Source: Stylophora pistillata
Lineage: Eukaryota
Reading direction: 5' to 3'
Assembly: GCF_002571385.2 (NCBI RefSeq)
Contig: NW_019217932.1
Span: 160,329 to 224,328, forward strand
Length of the DNA: 64,000 bases
Position numbers and translations under genes: made by a program. This document shows positions 1 to 12,400 of this stretch, piece by piece (within the stretch, counting starts at the first letter, position 1; the number at the start of each line of letters is the position of its first letter). Under the pieces are notes generated by a model. That model was not told the origin of the DNA. It worked only from the letters and a program-made list of their open reading frames with translations, and did no database searches.

Positions 1-358
1 CCTCCCTCCATCTTCCCCAGGCAGACCTCACCTACCTCCTAGTTAGTGAGGCAAAGGTTTGTCTCCTGCCGGCTGGGTACACACCGTGAATGACTGCAAT
101 AGGGTAAATTCGCGCATTTAATTATTGGTACCACAAAGAAATACAAGTTATTTACGGAGTTCCTTCGGGTAGACTTTCGTTCCAAAAACGCTTTGAACGC
201 AGAAGTAACATTATGAAACAAGATACATGTTGTAAACTGGAGGTACGGGAAACGGTAAAAAGGCGACGACGGTATGCACCTCGTTCTCGTGTCGTATTTT
301 GCAGAAAGATTGGGAACTAGGAAACGTATGGCAAAATGGTGGAAGCATAGTGAAGAAT

Positions 359-3300
359 ATGTATGATTTTAGTTTATCCCTTTATTTTATTTTCATCGGA
401 ATTGTATTTTTACATCCATTCTGTAAAGGAGCAACTCATTGGTTTGTCACAGAGGATGGAAGAATTCAACAGCAGGTAACGAATTTATATTTTCACCTTT
501 TAAATTATTCATAGTAGTTACTACGGCGCTCGGTAGTTTGAATAAGCTTCGAGTTTGATGTTAAATTAAATTGATCAATCGTTTCACCCATTTTATCGTG
601 ATGTTTTCCATCTATTGACTAGTTGACGTGCTATTGATCGCTTTTGGACATTCATCACAATTAAATAATCAAATTTTCTCAGACATCAATCCTGTCTTCT
701 TCTTGACATGTATGTACTATTATGCAATTTTACTGAATAGACTAATTAAATTTGAAGGATACGTTCGTGAAAAATTTTGATGGAAAAAAAAACCTGGGTG
801 AATTATTGATGTTGTTGAATGATCTTTCAGACGGGTAGATAATTTTGGACAAGAGATTGTTATGTTGTTTACTTTAGGCACGAACTCATTCCGTAATTTA
901 ATTAACCACCCATTTCTATCAAACTTAAATCTAATATTTGTTGAAGTCTTTGAGATACTTATTTTACAAAAATACTCTTGTGGAGCTGATTATGTTGTTG
1001 AATGTAATGTGCACAAGATGTGAATTTTTCAGTCCTAGGTTTAGCATGATATAGTAGAACCTTACTAACTTTAACAAGGTCCAGTTTTCCTTGGATTTGA
1101 AACCATTTTCCAGTCATTTATTTAAGTAATCAGCTAACTGGAATTCAGTTGACTCAAACGCTTTGTCAATTCAAGGTAATGCTACTTTCTCTTGGCTCAA
1201 ATTTACTGTGATAACTCAAACTTTAAGTTAAAATGCAGGTCAACAAACATAAAAATGTCAGAACATAACTGATTGACACTTACAAGCCCTTAATCACAGT
1301 TGATACAAGTGTGATTATATTTATGGAAACGTTATGCATCCAGCTAAACTTCCCAAACTAAGTGCCTTTATATAAAAAAAAAAAAAGCTCTTATAAAAAA
1401 GTTGAAACTGAATGTGCAAAAATGACTGTTGATTGTGCACAATCAAGCACAATCAACAGTCATTTTTGCACATTCAGTTCAACTGTTTTATAAGAGCTTT
1501 TTTTTTATATATAAAAACACTTAGTTTGGGAAGTTTAGCTGGATGCATAACGTTTCCATAAATATAATCACACTTGTATCAACTGTGATTAAGGGCCAAC
1601 ACCAATCCCAATAACTTGAACCATTTTTCATTCCCCTTGCAATTTCAAGTTAAGAGGGGTTCTATTGTAGTAATAAAGTGCTAATAAAATTAACTTCTGA
1701 TGTGTTATTGCATCTAGGATGACTCTGTGTTCAATCTCAAACGACCATACGATCTGGTCACCTTTATTCAGCAACAGACGGCATTTGACAGGTTAAAGAT
1801 CTTGCGAGAAGAATACCTGGAAGAGAAACGAAAAGTTATTAAAGCAAGAGAAAAGGAGAGAGCAGAGATTCAAGAATCCTTTTACATAGAAGATCCTGAT
1901 TGTGTTGATGCAGGAGGCCACATTTCAGAGTTTGAATTACATTTAGAAATGACTCTTCCCTTTTCAAAGAAAGGCATCAAGTAAGTTTAGAAATATAGTT
2001 TTAATCCTTAAACTCCCATGAGTGACCAAGACAGAATTTCTCCTTACAATATCAAGGCAATATCAAGCAGATATTAAGTGACGAGAATATAGAAAATTGT
2101 TTATATGGGGATCCTTAGTTGATCTAATACCAATTTCTCCAAACTTTCATCTTAAGACAAGTATAGCAAACAGCAAGAAGCTGTGAGCTTGTGGATATGG
2201 CCCTATCAAAATCCTTCATTATCATTATCATTGTTTGTCTGTAGTTGTTTACACTCCACATTTGACTGTTGCTCTCATGCTCCTATTAAAAAAAATAGAT
2301 TCCATATTGCTGTGGCTGTCTGTTCAATAATAGATCTCAGATGAGTTCAAAATGTGGTAAGAACAAAAAAGTGGCACAGGAAGCCCAGCCAAGTGTGTCA
2401 AGTGCTGCATTTTGATATCTCCTCTGATCTATCACTAAACAGACAGCCATGGCAATATAGAAAATATTTATTTTATATGATAAAGAAGCAAAAAGCTATT
2501 ATCAACCCTCTAACTCCCAGATCTCATTAGAAATTCTCCTTACTGTCTTCTATACAATTCTTATGAAACAGATGTAAGAGAAATTGGTATTGGATCAACC
2601 AATGATCGCTAGATTTAATTTTTTCCTTATTCTCATCACTTGTCTGCTTAATATTGTGTTTAAATTGTAAGGAGAAATTCTGTCTTGGTCACTCATGGAA
2701 GTTTAAGGGTTAAAGATAATGTCTTCTGTGCATCTGTCCTCAAGTAGATTATAGTTGAAAACTGATAAAAAAGGGAGGAAATTGGTTACCCCTCTGTAAC
2801 TCTAAAGATCTGATTGCGAATTCTCCCCTCTAGCTGCTCCACTTCTCCTTGTAAATTAGTAACAAGAATTTGGTGTCAGATCAAGATGACAACTTCCACT
2901 TGATAAGTTTGAGTGTTGTGGATAGGGTATGGATATTATAGGGAGAAGTTAGAGGTCAATCACTTCTGGCAGTAAAAGGTATAAGAGAGGTTGTCACGAA
3001 AAATGACAACAGTCAAAAACTCGAATTGGCTCATATTCTAGTATTAGGTAGGCCTCTAGGTAAAACAAACCAAGACATATGCAGTTTGTTGAAAAATTCT
3101 TTTGTTTTCTAGAAAATTGATAAAACTTGATTTATGCATAATTACCGCCATTCGCAGGTCAAATTTAGCCCATTTTTGGAGGCCTCATTTGTACTTGTAA
3201 AAGCAGTGAAAAACCTGTTTATTCTACAGACTTTTAGAACAATGTCTCCCCTATGTTTTTACGAAAAAGTAGAATCACTATTTAAATTTGAAATAAAATA

Positions 3301-6300
3301 CAGATTTTTCTATCTATTAACCTAAGTGCCGTGTGAAAAGTAAGGTAGCTTCAAAAAATTTTTTTTATATGTGCTAAGTGAAGTAAACATTTGACATTTG
3401 AAATGTGACAAGTGGGAATGATAAACTTACCATTTGTTGAGTGGTTTTTCTGGGGTTTTTGTGCTGCTATACGAGGGTTTTAAATTCATAGAAATTTGGC
3501 TCTTCGGCAAAGTCGGCAACATAAAAGAAAAGACAAACTTTGTTCATCATTTCCAGTTTGTGAGCTTCAGTGGTAATAATGAATGCTTGAATGATATAAA
3601 TAATGTCTTCAAAGTACTTGCAATATGATAGAAGTTGTTTTTGTTTTCTCCAAAAGCATTCATTTTGAAGAAATTAGTAGACATGGTTGTCACTGCGTGA
3701 CTTATGTGTCACGCAGTTGTTAGATCTATTAACAAAAGAATTTTTCAACAAACTACATATGTCTTGATTTGGATATATCAACAAAATTGAAATGGTAAAT
3801 TGGCCACCTTCGCTCCGACGAAGGGCTAACGCTCGAAACGTCAGCTTTTGTAATCATACGGTGGCCAATTTACCATTTCAACTTTGTTGATATATCCAAA
3901 TTATTTCGTTACTCCCACCGACGCAGCCCCAAACAGTTTCTTTCGAAACTATCAGCCTTTATACATATGTCTTGGTTTGTTTTACCTATAGGCTTACCTA
4001 ATACTAGAATATGGGCCAATTCAATTTTTTGACTGTTGCCGGTGATTTGTGAATTTGTCTGATTTTTAGTGACATCTTCTCTTAACCTATTGACGTCCAG
4101 TGCACCCGTAAGCACCCATGTGGAACCACACCCTTTCTACGCCTTGTGACATCATCACTTTTAACCCTGGAGTACAACTTTGAGCATGTACTTAAACAGA
4201 TTGAAAATATCTTACAAATGATACCAGAATGAGTACAATTGAGTGAAGGAGACTGGAGAAATAGCCAAAAAACCATGTAACTTTGACCTGAAAATCTGCA
4301 CAAAAATCTTGTTCCATTACCCACCTACCTTTCTGAGCATGTGGTTTGAAAATAATGAGTAGTTTCCTAAAAAATCTTTACACCAAAATGAAGCCTACTA
4401 AATTTCCAGCAAGTGAGGAGAAAATTCAGGCAAGGAAAGGGAAAAAAAAGGGCAGGAGAAAGAGAGAAAAGTAAAAGTCGTTAGTGGGGCATTACTTTTT
4501 AACCCAAAAACTATCTTGAAATTTTGCTTTCTGCGCCTGCCCAAGATTTTCCGGCTGCCATTTCGCATTTGGATCGAAAGGCCATCAAGTGTACGAGCTG
4601 TGAATGGGTTTGTGGTAAGTTTGAGCTTTTAGAACCACAACAGTGACCCGAAATCTGCTCGACTAGCTTCAAAACACAGTTTTTCACAAAAGCTGCGGCT
4701 ATTAATGGGTTGAATTGTTTCAGTCTTCCAGATCATCTCAGCCTTTGCCAGTCACTCCCCTCACATGTTGAGCCACCAGTTTGTCAAGCTCAGTTACCAA
4801 CAGTTATACACAGCTATGACCATCTGGAGGGAGTGAATCATCGGCATCAGCTGAATTCCATCCCTGAGCCAGCACTACTCACAACAATGTCACCTTATTT
4901 TAAAACTGCTGGAGAATTAGGAGGCCATGTGAGTTTGGCTCTAAAAAAGGTGAGCTTAAATTCATTTTGGAGGAAGGTGATTTTCATCTTGTCACGAGCA
5001 TGGGACAAAGAAAAAAGAAAAAAATTTTGAGTCCCCATGAGGAATCAAACCTCAGAACAGACTGACCATCTTTCTCTATTTATTTACCAAGTTCAAAACT
5101 TTCTTATTCTATTTAAATTCCTTTTGTGTCAATTTTTTAATGAGACAGCTAGTACATAATTGATTGCAAATGAATTTAGGATTTGAACTTCAAAGGCAAA
5201 GTGATTGGCTTTTGCATATTCTCATGGACACAGTGATGTTGAGTTGTATGGAATAAATAGAATGAAGTTGACTCTTTATGGTTCTTTAAGTAATTCTAAA
5301 TTAGATATAACACAGAGAAATTACATCAAGTGTCACTGTATGAAGCACTTCTGTGCCAGCTGGGATACAGTAATGGACGATGAATTATAGATACCAGAAA
5401 GAAACAAATGCAACTTACCAGTAGTTTCAGAAAAGAGAGTTTTAAGCTGGGTTCTTCAGCCATGTAGATTTAAGATATTGCAGCAGTACACCATACAATT
5501 TTCCAGGCCAAAGTTTAACCCTTATTCCTCCAAACTGTGCTCTGAACAATGTCAAGTCCAGCAGAAAACTTTTTTTTTTCGGCAAAACTATCAAAATGGC
5601 ATCTATTTAGCACTAAAGGAAAGATCTAATTGATTAAAAAACCCACATGTGACAAACTTTTGAAGTCCATCAATCAACAAAACCACAGTCAAAATTAGAC
5701 CCGGATTCAGTAAATGACCCACTGTATTTTAACTCCTTCCCAATAGTTTATTTTCACCTTTCACATTGAAAAATTACATGTTTTTGTACAGAACTCAACT
5801 TCTTGGGTTTTACTCAATCTTGCGGCATATTATTGGAGAATTAAAGGGAATGCTGCGCATGCTGTGGAATGTTTAAGACAAGCTTTGTATCATTCACCAA
5901 GGTAAGTTTTTTCAGTTCTGCTCAAATAATTTTCAGGGAAGTTTTGTTAGTTCTCGTTCTGAGGGGATTTTTTGCAGGTTCTCTCTCATGAGAAGCTGAG
6001 AAGCTACAAACTAGTTTCCAATATGATCTGAAAGCACCATTTGAAGAGGTTAAGCAGTATCTTTTTTCCCTTGATTGAATAGAAATGGTATAAGAGTAAA
6101 AGGCCTTGTTGGTGAAGTAAATTGTGAAAAAATGTGCCTTGTATTGGGACATGAATAGTTCTCGCCATGACTAATCCAGAGGAATCCACTCGTTTTTTTA
6201 AGTAGTGTCCTGAAAAGTATTATTTGTTAATATGTAATCTTGTCATATTCTTTTAAGGGAGCACAAAGATCAAGCACTGATGAGCCTTGCTGCAGTACTT

Positions 6301-8808
6301 TACCATGCAAACCACACCTATGATTCTATTGTTCTTCTGCATGCTGCCATGGAAACTTGTCAAGAATATTCTGTGTATCACTATCTACTTGGAAATATCT
6401 ATGCTGTGAGTACATGTATCTTGATTTCTGTGTCACTTTTGGATGCTGTTAGTGTTACAGAACTATTTTCAGTGAATTGTTCATTGAATAGTTTGATTTC
6501 CTACATAAGGTGGTCATGTGGAAATTCTCCATACTGTTCTCTATATATTTCTTAAGGTTCTGACAAGAAGAATTTTTTTAGACAATCAGGAGATTCTTTA
6601 GTTGGTGATCATTTCCTTTATTCTTGCAATCGTAATGTGTGATTCAGGGGTGATATTGTAAGGAGAAATTAGATGCTGGTCACTCTTTGGGGTCTAGGGT
6701 TAAGGCATTGCACTGTACTGCTAGCAAGAGATTCTGAACTGTCCTCTTGGCAGCTGTCAATCGTGTCACCCTCTCAGTAAACAAGTGCAGAGAGCAGCAA
6801 ACAAGATTTTGAGACGTTAAATGTATTAAACCCTGTGTGACCAGCATCTAATTTCTCTTAACAATAATACCGCTGAATAATTCATCAAGATCATGAGAAT
6901 AAAGAAAATGAATGCCATTCTAAGAAGCTTATGATCGTTAAGATATTCTCCTTTTCAGTAGCAAAGGAAATTTAATGATAAGGTATGAAGAACATGGATA
7001 CTGATGTTGGGGTTGGAAAGGTGACATTTCACAAAAATCAGTGATTGGTGGATTCTGATGTGTTATTCTTATTTCTGCTTTGTTTGAAGCAGCTTAGAAC
7101 GGAAACCTCAGAGGCCCCATATTATTAAGAAGGGGCAGAAACCAGTTACTATCGAGAGTGAATTATTGACCAGGCAAATAAATTTCATGAGGAATACGTA
7201 ACTTTACACAGATCCAGAATAAAACATACAGTCTATGTTGCTATTACTTTGCAAATTGTAGGCTTTTCACTCTGTTCTGAATGGCTGACATGGTTTGATC
7301 CTTTTTTTTTTCTAACAGTCTCAGAGGATGTATGAAATGGCTGATCTGTGTTACAGATTTGCTCTGACAGTTTCCCCAGACACTAAATCATTGTGTGAAC
7401 GAGTTAAAGCCGTTAGGTGTGAGATGAAGTTAAAACAACTGTTAAAAGAAAATCAATTGTAAGTCTTACTTGAAAAAAATCGACTGTGTATTGATAAATC
7501 TTTGCAGTCTCATGCTGTATATTTCACAGGCATATCCAAGGTGTTGATAATTGTATGAGCCATACTTAAAAGAGATACCAACAATCGATCACATCAACTG
7601 TCAAAATCGATCAGCCAATTGGAAATCAGCAGTTAACGTAGGTCACGTGGCTGGTTTCAAACCCAGGATCCTAAGTCTTTCACTCGGTTGATTCTCTCTG
7701 ACGATGGGCTAACGCTCGAAACGTCAGCTTAACATCAGTGGCCATTTTACTTCATTAACTCAGTTGATAAAATCAAAATTATCGTCTTGTACTCCACCAT
7801 CGACGCAGCACAACAGTTTCTTTAAAGACTTATCCCCTTTGTTCTTCCATCTGGCTGGTTGAGTGGGTGTCACAGGGTTTGTTTGTTTGTTTGTTTTTTT
7901 GTGACTCTATCAACAGCGTGGTTAAACAAAATCGAAGGTCAACTGAATCACTCTCGTTTCTTCTTTAAAATAAAGTCTTTTTTTCTTGTTTTTTTGTTTT
8001 TTTTTTTTGTTTTCATCAATCCGTCTTTTTTTTTTCTTGCTTGATTTAAGTAAACCAATCGTTTTCTGTCCCCACAGAGCATTCGATGAAAGGTTGGACT
8101 ACCCTGGCACCCCTGAACTTGATGATTTAAAGGAATCTAAAGGTGAAGAAGCCGAGAAGAAACACCTCCTTCCACTAGAAACCTTCAAGAAGCAACTAAA
8201 CCGGTTCTACCTGCTCACAGAAGGTCTACCAAAGAGCCCAGATGCCTGTAAGAGCCGATCTGTTCCTGTGAAACAGGCAAGGGGTTCTTTTTCACTTTTA
8301 GCCGGAATAAGTCGTTAAAATGTCCTTTTGCTTTCAGTTTGTAAGATTCCTTTCGAGAACGCGCCTCCTGGGTAGCTCAATTGGTTAAGCGCCGGACTGT
8401 TGTGCGGGAGATCGAGGGTTCGAGCCCCGGCCGGACTAACACTCAGGGTCTTAAAATAATTGAGAAGAATATGCTACCTTTCTATAACATCGATCAAGAA
8501 ATGGTTAGATATTCTAGTCTTCTCGGATAGGGACGAATAAATGGAGGTCCCGTCTCCTGCATCTATTAATTAGTTAATTTGATTAGGCAGGGGACGTTAA
8601 AGAACCCACTTCACGAGATTACTGTGATGTGGTCTGGCCTGGTTACTGGGAATTGGGGGGAGGGGGCATCTGTCATATTCGCCTTTATTTGATTGTAAAC
8701 TGCTTAGCAGTCTGGTAAAGTCCCCCGCACAGTGTTGTAAAGCGCCATGAGCTCAGGATATGAGCGCTATATAAATACAAGTTATTATTATTATCATTAT
8801 TATTGTTA

Positions 8809-8848
<40 letters not shown>

Positions 8849-9438
8849 CGGGCGNNNNNNNNNNNNNNNNNNNNNNNNNNNNNNNNNNNNNNNNNNNNNN
8901 NNNNNNNNNNNNNNNNNNNNNNNNNNNNNNNNNNNNNNNNNNNNNNNNNNNNNNNNNNNNNNNNNNNNNNNNNNNNNNNNNNNNNNNNNNNNNNNNNNNN
9001 NNNNNNNNNNNNNNNNNNNNNNNNNNNNNNNNNNNNNNNNNNNNNNNNNNNNNNNNNNNNNNNNNNNNNNNNNNNNNNNNNNNNNNNNNNNNNNNNNNNN
9101 NNNNNNNNNNNNNNNNNNNNNNNNNNNNNNNNNNNNNNNNNNNNNNNNNNNNNNNNNNNNNNNNNNNNNNNNNNNNNNNNNNNNNNNNNNNNNNNNNNNN
9201 NNNNNNNNNNNNNNNNNNNNNNNNNNNNNNNNNNNNNNNNNNNNNNNNNNNNNNNNNNNNNNNNNNNNNNNNNNNNNNNNNNNNNNNNNNNNGGGGCATC
9301 TGTTATATTCGCCTTCATTTGATTGTAAACTGCTTAGCAGTCTGGTAAAGTCCCCCGCACAGTGTTGTAAAGCGCCATGAGCTCAGGATATGAGCGCTAT
9401 ATAAATACAAGTTATTATTATTATCATTATTATTGTTA

Positions 9439-9484
<46 letters not shown>

Positions 9485-12400
9485 ACGCGCGAGACTGGAA
9501 CCGAAAAAGTTCCTTAGTGATGGCGTCTCAGGGAAGGTTGCGTTTGCCTTGCACGTGACAACTGAGAATGACAACAACCAATCGGAAACCGTTATCGTAA
9601 AACCATTTTTAAGTCACAAGTTTGAGAATTTACGCGGCGTATCTTACCAAGGTACTAGTCATTATTTACAGGGGGGTGGGGGTGGGGTCAGAGTATTTTG
9701 GAGAATCACAGAATTTTCAGGGGGGGGAACGAAGGAGGAATCAGTGGTTGCTAACAGAGTATAAAGGGGGGCTATTGAAAATTGACTGCCAATGAGGAGA
9801 GGGGGGTTATCAGACAACTAGAAAGCCTAAGGGGGGTAAGGTTAATCTTATTGTGACACATCCAAAATCCTCCGTCCCCCTCCCCTCCCCCCCAGGCGAT
9901 AAATAATGATCAGTCCCTAAGGACTGCTATCTGAAGTAAAAGATCCTTAACACCTTTCCTTTTTTCTCTTTTTAGGAAGGAGATTCGCCATCTGACGGTA
10001 CTGGAACAACAGAGGAACGGGAAAAACAACCAAAAGACGAAGACTCGAGCAAGTCAGTTAACAACCAGCGAAATGAGATAGAGGAAAAAGAAGCCGGAAC
10101 TTCTGGATTACAAACTCCACCGCAAGCAGAGGAAATACACAAAGGTGTCGCTCTGGAATCTGATCTAAAATCGAAATCCCTTGATAGAAACGGCGAAGAT
10201 GAAGAACGCACTATCTGGAAAGAAAAAGGAACAATGAGTGAATCATTAAAAGCAAGGAATTTCCGATTAAATAATTCTAAATTTTCTGCGGAGGTGAAAA
10301 CTGTGCAGGATTTAGAAGAGGCTCGTTTGGCGTTGACTCGATTAAGAAACGTCATGAAAACTGTTACTCATACAAATTTTGCTACACAGACTGTGAAAAC
10401 AACCGAGGAGAAAGTCCCCCAGAGTGAAGACAGTACGAAGACATTGGCAGGAAAAACAAACCATATAGAAAGGACTTCAAATGTACAGCAGAAAGAAATT
10501 AAGTTAAGGAGGGAGAATACTGGTGGACGCTGTGAGATTGGTTCGAAAACAATGAAACACGACGCTGGTTTTGATAAACCAAGTGAGGATGGCACTGCCA
10601 GAAGTGGTACTGCGAATGATGTTAAGCTTGGTAAGCAAAAAGGAGAGTCTATTCTATTAAACAAGAACGATCCAGGTTCTAAGTTTGGTTATCTGACACC
10701 TTCGAAGAACACTCGAGACAGTCTTCTTGCGGAATCACTGTTTGAGCAGCCAAAAGGAAGCGTCCCTGTCGGGCCTAAACACACGCCTCCTCTAAAAGAC
10801 CAAAAATCCTTGCCTAGTGTCAGAAATTGTGAAGATCTTGGAAGGAAGAAACGTAAAGGTGAAGCGTTCAATGCAGAGTGTTTCACTGAGGATGCCGACA
10901 AACAGACGCACCCCACAAGCGCTGGAAGCGATGCAGGTGTCGAGCGCTTTGTGTCAACCACTGAATTTACTAAGGCCGAGGAAAATAAACTTTCCACGGC
11001 CAAAAGTTCTCTTCTTGATTCGGATGGCGAGGTAGTTTTGATGAAGAAAACTTCAGGAGGTGAGATTTCGGCTACCGCGCCCACGGAGTGCACTTCTGAT
11101 GCAAAAGTTCTCGAGCAAAATGAGAAGAAACGTAATGGAAATACACAAGTTAATGTTGGTTTGAATGCAAGTGGCAACAACAATCTCAAAGGGAATTCTG
11201 TCGAGAGTGTTTCCACCATGCAAAGCGAAGCAAGTGATGTAGAAACTGAAAGTAAGGAACATCACGGGAAGGCGAACCCCAGTGGGTGCGAAAAACCAAA
11301 TTCGAACGTATCAGAAAATGATGGAAAGAAATTCTCTGCCGCTGATGAGGTTGCGAGAAGTAAAACCAGAGATGAAGAGGATTATAGTTCTAATAATAAA
11401 GTGTCTGATAGAACAGATACTAGTGGTGTCGTAAAAAATCCAAAAAACACCAACGGAGGAAAGAGTAAATTGGAGAAAAGACAAACTCGGTTGGACTCCA
11501 GCGTAACAAAAGAGCTACCTGCTAAAAGTGATAAATCGAGTAAAGCAGACAACGTTCAATTTAAGCGATCGCCTGATATAAAGGAACAAGTTAACAGCGC
11601 AGAGTTTCTCCACAGTGTTGGTGCAGGATCGAGCGTTTTCGAAACAAGCTTTATGAACGTGCAAACTGACGGATCTCTTCAGGATCTGAGTGATGAGGAA
11701 TGCCGTCATATCGAGGGAGTTCGGGCTCTGATTGTCAGAAACAAACAGTTCAGTGCATGGCTGTCGTTGGAGACCAAAAACATCGAGTAAGTCAGTTGTA
11801 AGTTGTAAGTTGTCAGTTCCTTATTTACAAGAACTTCCCAAACAGAGCTTTTTCGACCAGTTATGTGTGTCCCAGAGGAGGACAAGGGATTATTTTATCA
11901 TCCATAGTGGTAGATTTTGTTACATACTGCCTATCATGAAATATGTTAATTAATTAATAATTACTGAGGCATATGGCATTATGAGAAATATTGCAGCCAG
12001 CTGAGGCCTACTGGCTGCAATATTTCTCATAATGCCATGTGCCTAAGTAATTATCTATTATAATTATTGATCCCCATGAAATCCTATTGTTCTGTGTCTG
12101 TGTTGGATCTTCGATTTTAGTCGCACCTATGTGNAGACGTGTGGGTTTTGAAAGCCTATGAGGAGTGGAAGAAGCAATATTTTTAATAATTGTAACCTGC
12201 ACACTGCAATATTTTTTATATTGCAGCATGCTTATTTAGCGCGTTTAATTATATTACCCCTGATAATTTCCCTGCTAACAAAAAGGACCGCCTCCGTTTT
12301 CCTCATACAGTTGTTTTGTCATCTTAAAGACTACAATCGTTGATTTAATGCAGAGAGAGAACAATAGAATTTCATGGGGATCAGTAATTATAAGATGTGA

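Noticed and set aside
39-221. Divergent gene first exon upstream of TTC17
   Set aside because: Non-ATG ORF with no recognisable protein or convincing donor; cannot be supported within the window.
8365-8440. tRNA gene
   Set aside because: A/B boxes are present but there is no proper acceptor stem. It continues into a SINE body with tail and TSD.
8747-9577. Long ORFs with poly-I/poly-N/X
   Set aside because: Artefacts of the (TTA)n microsatellite and the N gap.
9972-11709. Minus-strand ORFs of 64-176 aa
   Set aside because: Antisense shadows of the large TTC17 exon.
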